A DNA stretch of 55,145 bases, filler included, from Bipalium vagum (taxonomy: Eukaryota): assembly GCA_037834085.1 (NCBI GenBank). It is 2 parts of 2 records of this genome, joined end to end, with 100 filler letters (N's around TTAATTAATTAA, not from the genome) between each part and the next. Parts side by side here need not be neighbours in the genome. Positions count along the whole stretch, not along the records: positions 1 to 29,901 come from JBBMKC010014981.1; 1 more part is not named here. The stretch is one strand, 5' to 3'. Each line of letters starts with the position of its first letter. The stretch's first letter is position 1. The notes under the pieces were generated by a model. That model had not been told where the DNA came from. It saw nothing but the letters and a program-made list of their open reading frames with translations, and ran no database searches. The translations under genes and the position numbers were made by a program. Shown in pieces: positions 1 through 12,561 of this stretch.

Positions 1-1413
1 TCTATCAAATAAATGTATTTTCAATAATAATTTGTTTATTCCAGATTCATTTTTTACTAAATCATATGATTTTTATATGTGTACTCAGACTTTTGCACGG
101 GGGTGAATGTTTTAGTTGTTTTTCATTTAATTAACGAAGAAATAGAGCAGGAGACCGGAGACCAAATTATGAATTTCATAACTTGTGTTTTATTTTTATT
201 TTTAAATAATTATCAGAATAAAATTTTTTATCTCATTGAACAATCTTTTTACCCAGATTCGTGGTTTCAATAAAATATCGACTTTTTACACATATTTTAT
301 AATATTTTTCATTCTTAATAAATCTTTTTTCCAATAAAAGACCTCTAGTTGTAATTCACGAGTTTGAGATTTTAAGATTTGCTTTTTAACATAATCAATA
401 TAAATTTCAAAAATTGGTTATTTAAATTAAATTATTAAATTATTTAACAGAATAATCATATTCGAATTGTATAAGTATAAAATATTTGATGTTATAATTA
501 TTTCAATCAAAATATCTGGTTGGTTTTGCCAGTTATTTAATTGTCTCCAATGAGTCTGTTTTACGAACGAACCAATATAAAATTACGAGTTAGATAGGAA
601 ATATTAAAAATTTACTTTAGATATAAAACTGAATTTTTATTTTTAAATTATATTGTTAAATAAAGTATTTTATAAATTGAAAAATGAAGTATAATAATGT
701 TAAGCAGAATGCAAAATATTTTGATCAAAATAAAGAGTAGAATTCGATTATACTCAGTTTTCCTATTAAAATAATTGTATTATTAAAGTTTTTAAATATA
801 TTTTTTGGTTTATTATTAATTTCTGTAATTTGACTAAAAATATATTTTTAAAATCGTTTTTATTATTAAAGACTTTCTAAACTTAAGATAGTTTTAAAAT
901 TATCTTTGTTTATATATTCATTTGGGTAATAAACAAAATATTATAATTCCTTGAAACAATTTAATAATTTTAACATGAAATCAAATTTGCTCATTTTTTA
1001 TTACTTTAATTTCAGCTTTTTCATGTATTTCTTATTTTTAGAATTATATTTCAAGCAACTGGGTTTAAGGTAATCACTATTCTTTCCACGGATATTTATA
1101 AAATATTTAAAGGTAATAATATATATATTCATATATTTTTTTATAAATGTAATAAGATATCCATGAAACATTTTTATATAAGTGTTAATCTTACAACCAA
1201 TATGACTGTACAAATGAAAAAATATGCTATTTCTTGTTCGACAATTTTCTAAAATATTGTTTTTGGAACATATTTTTTACCTAGATTTCAAGATGTATTA
1301 ATAATATTTATGGTTGCGCTTTACTTTGTGGGACAATTTAAAAAAATATATTTTATGTAATCATTACAAAATCGTAAAATTTAAAATATGATCACATTAA
1401 AATAAGTGGTTTT

Positions 1414-1677
1414 GGCTATAGTGTAGTTTTACTACTCTAAATTATTTTAATAAAAATCAATAAAAAATTTTATTTACAGATTTATTACTATGCAGGCTAA
1501 TAATAACCTTGAAATAAACTTTATTACAAAATTTAATAAAAAAAAGATTATTACTCAAAGTTTATTAAAAAGTAAACAAAAACTTTATTAAAAAAATAAA
1601 ATATAAAAAAAATTAAAATCAATAAGAATCAATATTGTTTATTAAATAATTTAGAGTAGTAAAACTACACTATAGCC
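1414..1677. mobile_element. Merlin-type non-autonomous element (MITE), 264 bp
   Basis: Perfect 34-bp TIRs GGCTATAGTGTAGTTTTACTACTCTAAATTATTT (1414-1447 / 1644-1677) flanked by an exact 8-bp direct repeat GTGGTTTT (1406-1413, 1678-1685). GG termini plus an 8-bp TSD are Merlin/IS1016 hallmarks. The interior is AT-rich and non-coding. Confidence 0.85.
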
Positions 1678-1989
1678 GTGGTTTTATATGGAACAATTTA
1701 TAATGTTTTCATAAAAATTTACGTTTCAGAAAGATTTTCAGATGTTATAAGAAAGGTGAGAGGCCTTTAAAAATCTCTTTTTTGAAGATCAACCATTTCA
1801 CGCCTTTATCTTTTTTAACTGTCTCATGTCTTAAATTTTTTCAGGATGTCAATGAAAATCAATAATTATAAGATGATTTTCATTTGTTTATTTTGAATTT
1901 AAATCTTAAATACATATATAGATATGTAAATATTAATCAATTATGAAATTGAATCATTAATTCAATATTTTCTTGAAATGTGTTTTTGG

Positions 1990-2560
1990 ACATCCATTCT
2001 CATGTGTAGAGTTCCAATTGAATGTTATAAATACCTGTCATAGTCGGTATTTTATTTTTAAGGAGCATCATGAACTGTGAATTTGTGTATTTGAATTGTT
2101 ATCCGGATTGACCAAATTATATGATTTACAGTTAAGTGAACATAATTCTTCATTAAGTTATTCATAATTACGGTGTCTTTTCCGCATACCGATTGTTTGA
2201 CCAATATTATAGAGCTTATACAATTATTTATTCATAATGTAGTCTAGTTTAATCTGCATCCAACTTATTTTAATCCTTACGTAAATATCTTAATCTTTTT
2301 ACAAAAGTATGTAATCGTTATGTAATATTGTTTAATCCGAAATTTCAAACAATTGAATTTACTTTATTTATACAAAACATAGTAAAAAGGACATTAAAAT
2401 CTTCGGATACCAACAACAGCAAACTGACGAACATGATTAAAAAACCCATTACAATCATTTTCAGTGATTTCATTCATTTCATTAGATATTACAGTAAGTA
2501 ATTCTGCATTTGCGTTCGGGTTTCTATCAATTAATATTAATAGATTTATTAATATTCCAC
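1990..2560 (-). mobile_element. Degenerate MULE/Mutator-like transposase fragment
   Basis: Shares about 150 bp, in inverted orientation, with 4785-4950. A degraded Cys-containing SWIM-like stretch lies near 2040-2080 on the minus strand. Many stops. Confidence 0.4.
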
Positions 2561-2639
2561 TTCGCAAAAACTTCTTCGACTGCGTTCAATTGTAGACTGT
2601 AAAAGATTTCAAACAAAGATTTCAAAAATGAAATGAATT

Positions 2640-3210
2640 TTAAACGATAAAAAAAACAATTTCTATGTTATAACCCAATACTTTTCTTTTGGCGATACGA
2701 GCCACAACCGACAAATTTTTAGATCTTACAGTTCTTACAACCTTTTGTGGTGTTGTATTCACAACATTTCTATCATACTTGGTTTTTGATGATGTACTCA
2801 TTCCAAACTCATCAAGAAACACTATATTTTCCTCGTCTTACAAAATATATTCACTACAATAGGTACAAAGATTTTCAATGCTGATTTCCGAGTTTCTGGC
2901 TATTGGTACTAAACTAACTCTGAAAGAATAATGAAATTCTTTTAATGCATTATTTATTGTGGTGGTGAAAACATTTACATTTCTTGTATTTTAAAGTTCT
3001 ATTCTGATGTTCTCCAATGTGATAGAAACGTTGCCATCTATCTCTTCCTTAATATATAATATATCTTCGATCGGTAGTTTTTTGGAAATTGGTCTTCTAG
3101 TTTTCAAAGTTGAAATCCTGCCCGTGGAATTATATAAACGAATAATGGAAGTGACTTTTTTCATTAAGTATCAGTTCGTTACATATTTGTTTGGGTCCTT
3201 GCCCATCTTG
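2640..3210 (-). mobile_element. IS630/Tc1-like transposase remnant (HTH region plus first catalytic D)
   Basis: Minus-strand reading gives ..SITLENIRIEL..INNALKEFHYSFR..ARNSE..IVFLDEFG..KVVRTVRSKNLSVV, with frameshifts. Confidence 0.65.
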
Positions 3211-3599
3211 ATATTTACATATAATAAGCGCTTTTTCATTGTCACTTATCTTACGACCCAATAGAACGATGTTCTGAGAAATCACATTTGTAGCTTCAAT
3301 GATTTTTTTGAATTTTTTTTCTTTTATTATTTGGTTTTTTGTAAATTCAAAATAAAATAAAGTATAAAATGTAAATCTCTAAAAGGAAATTACTTTATTT
3401 AAATATATACTTTTATATATATGCTAAGTTCCTAAAAATATGGGCTGATTTTTAAAAAAGACTTAACTTGGCTTTTAGGTCACTTAACAAAGTATGTGCT
3501 ATCAGAAGGAATTACGGATGAACGTTGAAGCACTATAGCCACTGACACAATATAAAAATCGATCAAAAATAAGAATTTCAAATAAACTAAGAGAACACA

Positions 3600-4400
3600 A
3601 ATTTTTAAAAAAAAATCTTTATTGAGAAATAAGTTTTTGACAAGGTTTTTATTAACAAGGGTTGATGAGATTTGGTGCTGATTGTATCAGATTCTTTAAA
3701 CACAGGCTTCGCCTAGTGTGTTAAAGCCATCAGGAAGTTTACCAGCTAGCGGCTGTGCAAACTTTAAACAAAAAAGGAAGAAATGGAAGAAAACTTTTAA
3801 CTGATCAACGGTGAAGCACCGAGTAATTATTTATAAGAAAAAAAATTAGTTGATTAAAAATTTACGTCAATCGGTTAGGATTGCGCAAATTATTGTTAAA
3901 TATAGTTATTAAAAAGTTTCTTAATATTTCTGTGCTCAAAGAGTATTAAGCGAAAATAAAGATAATAATATATTTGGTAGGACAAGTTACTTAATCTTAC
4001 TATTGAATGAATTACGGCCTTTTGTATTGACGGTACTGATCTTTTCTCCTTTCTCCTTTTTTCTCATCTTGTTACTGAGTTAGCTATCGTTTATATATAT
4101 GCACGAGCTCAAAAGGAATGCGTGGAATTTGTCCATCTTGACTAATTAATTCGGCAGTATGCTAATTTTTTCGAATAATTGATAAGGTGATTTTGAACCA
4201 GTTCTTTGACTTTTCTACTATGAAATTTATTCGTGTCTATGTTTTTACACTTTGGCTAATTCTTTGCTCTGCTGCTGATGAATCCCTATTTCTCCTTTGT
4301 GATGTATGCTCTTCTGCTCGTGCTTTTTTTGTGTGTCTTATGATCTGGAGTAAGTCTTTTTATACTATTCATTTTCGATATATTTTTATTAAATTATGAC
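3600..4400 (-). mobile_element. Probable Penelope-like retroelement 3' end (GIY-YIG remnant plus pLTR-like tail)
   Basis: Minus strand KKARAEEHTSQRRNRDSSAAE resembles the R-x-x-EH...SA part of the PLE GIY-YIG endonuclease. It is followed by a non-coding tail with a degenerate hammerhead-like motif at about 3700-3740. Confidence 0.4.
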
Positions 4401-4569
4401 TTTCTATTAATCTAGTTTTATATATTCCATTTTTCAAAAATTAACTTTATTATGACTATTTTGTATACTTTTTTTAGTAAGTTCTTGATTTCCAATTTTA
4501 GTTTATTACCAGTTTTTATATTTTAACAGAAATTTTAATAACAATAATAGTAATAATAATAATTATTAT

Positions 4570-4950
4570 TATTTAAAGAGGAATTTACTGATTATCAGCT
4601 ACAAATCTTTAACATAATAAAGTAAAATCACAACATTTATTGATCATAAAAATAAAAATCATAATCATTGAACAACAAAATGTTTATTATGGGATATTAA
4701 AAGTCTCAATCAAATTTTTATTGTGAGTGCTGCAATATATTTAAAAATTCCAAATATTTACTATAAAAAATTTAAAAATATGATTTGATTAAACAATATT
4801 ACACAATTATTAAACACTGTTGTATAAAGATTAAAAGATATTAAAGATATTTGCATAAGGATTAAAATAAATTGGATGCAGATTAAACTAGACTACATTA
4901 GGATTAAATAATCGTGTAAACTCTGTAACTTTGAGACGAATTTATTGCCA
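4570..4950 (+). mobile_element. Degenerate MULE/Mutator-like transposase fragment
   Basis: TTLGLNNRVNS resembles the MULE TNNRxES catalytic-E motif. It is an inverted homolog of 2190-2340. Confidence 0.4.
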
Positions 4951-4951
4951 A

Positions 4952-5560
4952 CTAATTGTAAATAAAATAACTTTGTTGTTTAGAAATCGATAATTCAGTA
5001 TCTGAAGCTTTTCCACACTGATATTTGGGTTTATATATAGATTTATGTGATAATAAATTAAAAATATAATTTTTATTAAAAATTTCCTGGTACTCCGAGT
5101 AGTATTTTGTTTTCAACGAACTATGTTTTGGAGCATTTCTGGATAAAAGATAAGTATATTCTTCGGTTATTTTAACATACTTCTCCTTTATCCATAAGTA
5201 CATTAATTTTAGGCATTTGTTCATATTTATTTTAAAATCTTCAAAAAAAGATTTTCTAGTGGTGAAATACTTTTATAATTAACGCATTCCATCTGTATGC
5301 AACACCAGACAATTTGGTCCTTGTTTCCTTTAAATTGAGTGAGCTTCAATTGAGTGAGCATGAGTCCCAGCTATTATCTATATTTTCATGTTATTTTCCG
5401 TGTTAGATTAAATAATAATCATCATATTATCATTCATTATTTCATCATCGCAGCATAAGTTATTTTAAGAAGCACATTTTCAACTGCATAAAAAACCATT
5501 TTACTGTGTTTTAAAAGATGTTTATTCATTTTTCCTACAGATAATGAATTCCTAACAATC
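4952..5560 (-). mobile_element. Sola1-like transposase remnant
   Basis: ORF 4952-5224 reads LMYLW..YQEIFNKNYIF..KPKYQC, resembling the MY..Y..IF..F..PKKDxC segment of Sola1-type transposases. Confidence 0.35.
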
Positions 5561-5759
5561 TTACATTTTTATTAAGATCGAAAATACAGATTCATTTTAA
5601 AACACAATTGAGTTACAAAACATTTATTTTATAAAAAAAAACTTACAAAAAAATAATAAATAGTGTTCGCAAATTATAGGAACACTTTTGTGAGCACCAG
5701 CAAAATGATAAACAGAGTCCTATATTTATACTATTCAAATTTAAATAAAAAAATTATAT

Positions 5760-6676
5760 TCATTCAAATTTCTACACCATGTTTTGAAATTTGAAGGAGA
5801 ATTTTTGCACCATGCTAGTTAAGTCGATTCCATGGTCTTCACCAACTTCACTCGCAATTTTCTTCCATACTCTTGAATCCAGTGAGTCCTTTCGACAAAT
5901 ATTTTATGAATATCTATTTTTACAGATGGCCCAACAATGCTCTATTGGACGTGAATGAGGTAAATTCGGCGTGTTTCGATTTTTGGATACATATTTGACG
6001 TATTGGCTCGTCAGTTAGTCAGCGACCAAATAGCTATTAGAAAATATTATAAGTAATAACTGTACCGTTTAAATGAAAATTTTCTTCATCACTGAATATT
6101 ATACGCTCTGCCCATCGATGATCTAATTGTTTATCTAATATCATTCGATAAAAGCTAAGTCTTTTAGGTTTATCAATATCTTTTAGTTCTTGAAAAACAT
6201 GATATTTATACGGTTTCATTTTCTTTGATTTTAATATTCGATTGACTTTTGAGTAGGAGATATTAAACCGACTTGCACACTCACTGAGAGTTGCATGTAC
6301 CATCATTAATTGCCTTAATAATGTCATCTTTTATTTTCTGTTTGATTTTGACAGGAGAATTTATTGGAGTACGTGAGTTTGGTAGATTCTTTAGAGTTTT
6401 GAGAAATCGCTTTTTCCAATCTTTGACAATTCTAGTTGGAGGTGCTGTTTTATGAAACTCTTCTGTATATCGCCGACATGACTTCTCACAATTATTTTCT
6501 GCAATTGCATAGGATACAGTGCGCGCGATCTCTTCATTAGGAAATTCTGAGTAATTCATGATTTTGTATTTTAAAAAATTACTAATAAAGAAAAAACATG
6601 ATAAAATAAAATGAAAATCAATCATAATTGAATATCTTTTAACATTAAATAGCTAGATGTCCTGGAATAAACCCTG
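5760..6676 (-). mobile_element. Decayed Tc1/mariner-superfamily element with DUF4817-type N-terminus
   Basis: Overlapping ORFs 6281-6625 (RRYTEEFHKTAPPTRIVKDWKKRF) and 6037-6327 (KMKPYKYHVFQEL..IIFSDEENFHLNGTV). A TIR-like end CAGGGTTTATTCC lies next to TA at 6677-6678. Confidence 0.75.
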
Positions 6677-6899
6677 TATGAAATTAAAGGTTTTAATATT
6701 TTTTAAAATATTTTAAAATTTCGCACATTATAATTAAAATTATTAAAAACATTAATTAAATTAATAACTTTAAAATAAGATAATTTTTAAAAATTTTAAT
6801 ACACCCTTTTCAGCATTTTGCAAATATATTTCAATCAATTTCAATTTTTTCAGCACATTTTAAAAAAATTGAAAGTGCAGAATAATAAGTACAATATTT

Positions 6900-7296
6900 T
6901 TATCTAATCTAAAATAAGTTCACCTCGTAAATATCCAAGCATATTTCCGTAAAAGCCGTTGCAGTATGCTGAGGTTATTATCACGAATGTTTCATTTATT
7001 GCATTCATCAAATCCTTCTTAGTTTCTACTTTTCTTCTCACCAAATCCTTATATTTAGAAAACATGTTTTCTGTAGGATTTAGAAATTATAAGTAAGGTA
7101 GTAGTGACATCGCACCATTTCCACTATTTTCTATAAATAACCTTAAGCTTTCGGTTTTGTGAAAGCGAACGTTATCTATGATAACCTTTCCAATACTTAT
7201 TTTCACATTAGAAAGCTTATGAAAAAAATGATTCAATAATGATTCATAAAAAACAACATTAATTATGATTAAATTTACGTCGGAAGAAACAATCAA
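6900..7296 (-). mobile_element. IS630/Tc1-like transposase C-terminal remnant
   Basis: VIIDNVRFHK...LLPYL..LNPTENMFSKYKDLVRR carries the second D and the E motif. Confidence 0.7.
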
Positions 7297-8299
7297 AATA
7301 GTAGTAGTATATTCCCTCGAAAGTCAGAGATGTATTTCCGAAACACAATTGAAATTTAGAAGATTCGCCTTTCGGTCTAACCAATCGCCCATTAGTGCAA
7401 AAATTTGAAGACATTGGGACAGTGGCAGATGCCAGAAGATCAGGGAGACCAAGATCTTCAAGGAATATTAGTAATATTTAGGCTGTAAGACAGAGTGTAA
7501 AGGAGGGCCCAAAAAACAGCCGTTAGTTACTCAATACAAATGATTGTGATGGTTCGTTTCTAAGAAATTTATGGATGAATGACGAAGCTCATTTCAACTA
7601 TAACGGCTACGTTAACAAGCAAAATACATGCTTTTGGGGTACTACCAATCCACATATTTTACATGAACACTCTTTGTACCCAGAAAAAGTAACGATGTGG
7701 TGTTCTGTTTCCACGAGAAGAATCATTGGTCCTTATTTTTTTGAAGAAAATGGTATGACGGTAACGGTGAATGGCAACCGATATCGAAAGATGATTCAAA
7801 ATTTTTCATACCGAATCTTGCAAATGAAGTTGGGAAAGCCTGGTTCAAACAGGATTTAGTCATAGTTCACACCAGCAGAGCCACAATACAACTCCTGTAT
7901 TCAACTTTCAGCAATCGATTAATATCGAAAAATTCGCATTTTTGTTGACCTCCAAAGTCGCATAATTTGAATGTTCCTGAATTTTTTCTTTTGGGCTATC
8001 TGAAAGAAAAAGTTAATGTTAATAAGCCTCAAACATTAACTGAATTAAAATGCAACATAAGATCCAAAATATCAGCAATACAGATAGAAACATTGCAGTC
8101 AGTAATAGCAAATGTATTAAAAGAAAACAGATTTGCGAGCGTTCTGGTTGTCAACATTTATACGAAATAATTTTTAAAATTTCGTCAAAATATTATGTTT
8201 GAATTGAAATTTATTTTAAAATTAATAAATTATTTTTTTCTTATTTCCTCATTTTTGTTTTTTCTTAAAAGGATAGTAATATACTTTTGGCCTACCTTA
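7297..8299 (+). mobile_element. Decayed DUF4817-type Tc1/mariner element, 5' truncated, nested in the IS630-like element
   Basis: MNDEAHFNYNGYVNKQN..WGTTNPH..PEKVTMWC..IIGPYFFE..TVNGNRY, then WFKQD and FFLLGYLKEKV. The right TIR-like sequence TACTTTTGGCCTACCTTA is followed by TA. Confidence 0.8.
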
Positions 8300-8301
8300 T
8301 A

Positions 8302-8430
8302 TAGTTATATAGTGGTATAATTCATAAAGGTATCCGCATACTCAGATATAATTTTAATAGTACCTTCAGAATTTCTTTCCGGAAGTAAATGTTCTCTTTT
8401 GAAAGAGTATGAGAAACCATGCAAATGTAT
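8302..8430 (-). mobile_element. Upstream piece of the IS630/Tc1-like transposase at 6900-7296
   Basis: HLHGFSYSFKREHLLPERNSEGTI aligns by eye with EFHYSFRVSLVPIARNSEISI of the 2640-3210 copy. Confidence 0.55.
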
Positions 8431-9858
8431 TTAAATAATCAAATATTAAATGTAAAAAAAATAATCAAATTGTTAAAAAAAATATTAAAATTCGAAAGTG
8501 ATTGAAAAAGTTTCGAAATGTACTGAAATAGTAATTTTAAAATATTTCTTGATGGAACCTCTTTTGTCATTTTAACCATTAACTGTAACATTTTAAACTG
8601 TACAAAAATTCATCTTTTTAAAATCATATTTTTTCGAAAAAGTACTACAAAGTCCAAGTAGAATACGACTAACAAAAAAACAATCAAAACCTTATTAAAA
8701 ACATCAACTATTTACTAATGCTTATATCATTCATCAATGCTATCCACATGTCTTCGTTTTAGCAAATTGAATATTTTGGAATTCAGTTAGTTTATTTCTT
8801 TTATTTTTTTTATTTCCGACAATTTTCGGGTTTGTTTTATATATAATCATTATAATTGGCACCCCTTTATATGATCGTAATCACTTTGTCCATATCCTGA
8901 CTCTGTTTTTCATATGTGGTTTTAACACTCATAATGTATTTTTCTCCTACAAATTATTCATTTAGAATTTTTCTTATAAAGATATAATTTCTCTAGTATT
9001 CTGCACTTAATTCACGGAGTCTATCCAAATATTAATTTTTTTCTAATCTTTTGTTTCTCTATTCATCTAACATAATTTTTTATTATGGAAATTTAAAAAT
9101 AAAAAAAATATACTTTTATAATTTTTTACTTTTGTCTTCTAAATCATGCCGACTCTTTGACTTTTCATTTAAATTAAAATTTATTTTTATTAATTTTTTT
9201 ATATTTCAAACTCATGTAAGGCTTAACTAAAAAATAAAAACAGTAGAAACTAAAAGAACAAAACCCGTTACACCTTTTTGAATAAAATCAAGTTTTTCAC
9301 TTATCATATCAATATCTAAATTTATAAATATTAAAAAAAATTTAAATGAATTGAATTTAAATAAAATGTTGGGTTTCTTTTAGCAAAAATTAATTAATTC
9401 ACTTTTTTACTTATGAAATTTTAATAAAATTAAAAAGATAAAATATTAGTTATAAATTTATGTTTACTTATTTTTTATTTACAGTTTTTACTTAGAGAAA
9501 AGTAAGGGATGAATCCAACACACAGACGCACATGTCGACTACCGAATATTGAATACCAAATACTGCAATACTATAATATTGAATACCGAAACCCTTACTT
9601 TTTCCATTACTATCACATTTTTAAAAATTTTTGTCTTCTAAATTTGAAGTTGAAAAAAAACTATTTCAACAAATCTTTTTTGATCTTTTATTTTTATTAT
9701 TAATTACAAAAAATTTGTAATTTTTAGAAAAAATGTAGACACCTTGTTATACCCTATTAAAGATTTTAACTTCAAGGGTAGTGAAAAAAAAGAAGCAAAA
9801 TAACAAAATTTTTGATACAACTATTAATTTTATTAATTAAATTTAAATTAAAATACTA

Positions 9859-11215
9859 TTTAAAGTTGAGGAATAATTCTTGAGGATTTTTTAAATAACT
9901 TTATTTGAATGCAAAATAAAGGAATAGTACACAATTTATTATTAACGAAATTACGATAAATTAGTCAAAAATAAGTCTCTGTTGTTGTTACCTTACTCCC
10001 ATCGTTCAATAAGTTCAATGCTTCAAAAATAAAATTCCTTCGGTCTAGATTCAAAGAATTCGTCCAATCAAGCGCTCAATTCTCTACGACTATCTCCAGA
10101 AATTAGCCCAAAGAAATTCTCTAAAATAATTAGTGTTTTTATTGAAGATTTTTTTTGTGCAAGATATCAAAGAAGTTTTTGTTATTATTGAATGATACGC
10201 TACGCAAAGCATTCGAATGAGATAAAAATCTGATCGTGCGAAAAGTTTGACGAATATGGGAGTGAGGCAACACTTCCCATTGGAGTTCTTGAATCGCTGC
10301 TTTGGTTATATATTTGATTTGAGGACCAGCGTTATTGTGCTGCAGAACACTGTTTTGCCGATTTGGTCTTTTTTTCTGAATTCCTTTGTTAAGTCGGTGC
10401 AGGTGTTGACAATAGAGTTCCACATTAACTGCTTGGTTTCGCCAAAGCAATTCATGATAGATTATGCCTTCCCAGTCGCAGCATACATACAACATAAACG
10501 TCTGAGGATGGAAATCTTGTTTTGGTCGAGGATTTTCATTTTTGTGGGAGTTTAGCCATTCTTACCGCCGCTTTATTTTCATCTTCAGTAATGATATAGT
10601 AAAGTAAACGCTCCATGTGACTGTGTTGAACGATGTGGAGCAAGCAAACTGGCGGTAATTTCTAATCATTTCGCTCAGAGAGTGTGGCACCCAAGCGCCG
10701 TGTTTCTAAACTTTACCCATTGAATGAAAGTGGTTAAACACCGTTTTTTGGTCACAATTCATCTGCTCTGCTAAATCTCTAGTCGTTTGACTAGAATTTT
10801 CGCGAAGAGATTGGTTCAAACGTTCTTTATCAAAAACAGTTGGCTGACCACTGTGTGACTGGTCCTGCAGATCAAAATTCCAATTTTTAAAAATGGAAAA
10901 CCAACGCCGGGCAGTACTCTCAGGCATTGATTCTCTGCCATAAACAACAGATTTCAGGAGCAGCTTCAGCGGCACTAACACCTCGATTAAATGCGAATAG
11001 AGGATGGTGTTAGAAATACTCAATTTTATCAACCTGAAATTCCATTTTATGAGCTGGAAATGATAGCAAACATTAAATAAATATTAAATTCAAATATTCT
11101 ATATATTAAAACAAAAATCAATATATCTATTAACATAAAATATTTTGCGAAAGCGTCTAATTTATGAATATATATTAAACTTTAAAAAATGATAATGAAT
11201 TATTCCTCAACCAAA
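9859..11215 (-). mobile_element. Near full-length degenerate mariner element (about 1.36 kb)
   Basis: The TIR core GTTGAGGAATAATTC is present at both ends with TA flanks. Transposase pieces: STARRWF..FDLQDQSHSGQP, a WVPH motif (~10680-10695), CCDWEGIIYHEL, LQHNNAGPQ, WEVLPH. Multiple frameshifts. Confidence 0.9.
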
Positions 11216-11255
11216 TAGTATCAGTTACATATAAAGAAATAAGCAAAATAATCAT

Positions 11256-12561
11256 TTAATGGGAGGGATGAACTTGATGACTTAATAACAAATTATCAAC
11301 ATTTGGCTTTCATTTAATTAGATTTAATCTCAAATTTCCTCCGTTTATGATGTACAGTGTTTTTTTTTAATAAGATTTGTCACTGCGCTGAAACATCTTT
11401 CCAACTAGATATGAAGACGGAAAAGCAATTAAAAACTTTCTTGAGACATCCCATAATACGGGATAAGTAATAGGTATGTCTTTTTGAAGTTCTTCAGTAA
11501 CTTAGTTCTTCGTTAGTACTTATTCAAAGCAATTTCTCTTGTAATGTGACATCCGTGTCTTCAATGTCACCATATGGATTTATAATCAGTTGTACTGTTA
11601 TAAGCGTCAAAATATCCTCAAATCTAGTTTCAAAATCTGAATTGAATGTTTTCAAATGTTAGACATAGATTGGAACATTGTTTTCCTGGAGTTAACCTGG
11701 GATAAATTGGGGAACTGGAAAAATTCGCATCGTCCAATGTTTTGCTTCATCAGTTTAATTCTAGCTAGAAAAGCTGAAATGATTGACTTTGTCTTAATCA
11801 AGTTTAAACTTTCACCTTAAACTTTCATAATATAGCAGTATCTGTTTTTCTCTTCAGTAAATTCAAATGTGGGTCTTTTCTGAAAATTCTCTTTAACTGT
11901 TTGAAAATATTTCAAATCTTTATCTGTTTTATCATGGCATCTTAGATGATTTTCAAGCTTAGATGGCTTCATAGCGTCATTGCTAAAAACTTAGTTGTAT
12001 AAAAGGTTCAAGGGCTTTTGTTTGTTTGAAAATGATGTGAAGAACCCAAATTCAGGTAATCAGCATTATACTGTCTACATTTCTTTATTGATTCCATCAT
12101 GTTTAGAACCAGCTGTCTGTGAATAAAAATAATCTATTTAAAGAAAATGATATTGATTCACTTTAATTATGTGCCTAATTACCAGTTTATATTATTATTA
12201 AATATTTTCCTTTTAAAGATCTTATAAATTGATGTCGAGAAAGAAGCTTATCATCCGTGTGGTTCATTGTGAATATCCATTCTTGATAATGCTACAAGGT
12301 TAAATTCTCTTTTGAGTAGCAAAGCGACGTACGCTGAAGTACTAACGTCCTTGAATGGTGTCTGGTCGACGATTCCAGTATTGAATACTTTCAAGAAACT
12401 AATATAACAAAATAAATTAATATAAAATAATAATAATATTTTTATAATTTTTTTTGCAATTTTTTGAAAATTTCTTCGCATAAATTTCTTCCAAATTTTT
12501 AACCCACGTAGACCTCTTGCATGTCTTAATCAACCCCCATGGATTATCTTGGGAATCACTG
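11256..12561 (-). mobile_element. hAT transposon of the Buster/Charlie type, internally deleted
   Basis: 5' TIR CAGTGATTCCCAA (ends 12561) sits next to GTCTAGAC, matching the NNNTANNN Buster target pattern. N-terminus from 12100: MMESIKKCRQYNADYL..FSNDAMKPSKLENHL. C-terminus: DFETRFEDIL..NLRLNL..PNVDNLL..HQVHPSH-stop at ~11256. Confidence 0.85.

Noticed and set aside
255-273. WFQ at the end of ORF 79-273 as a homeodomain helix 3
   Set aside because: It is followed immediately by a stop, with no NRR and no upstream homeodomain residues.
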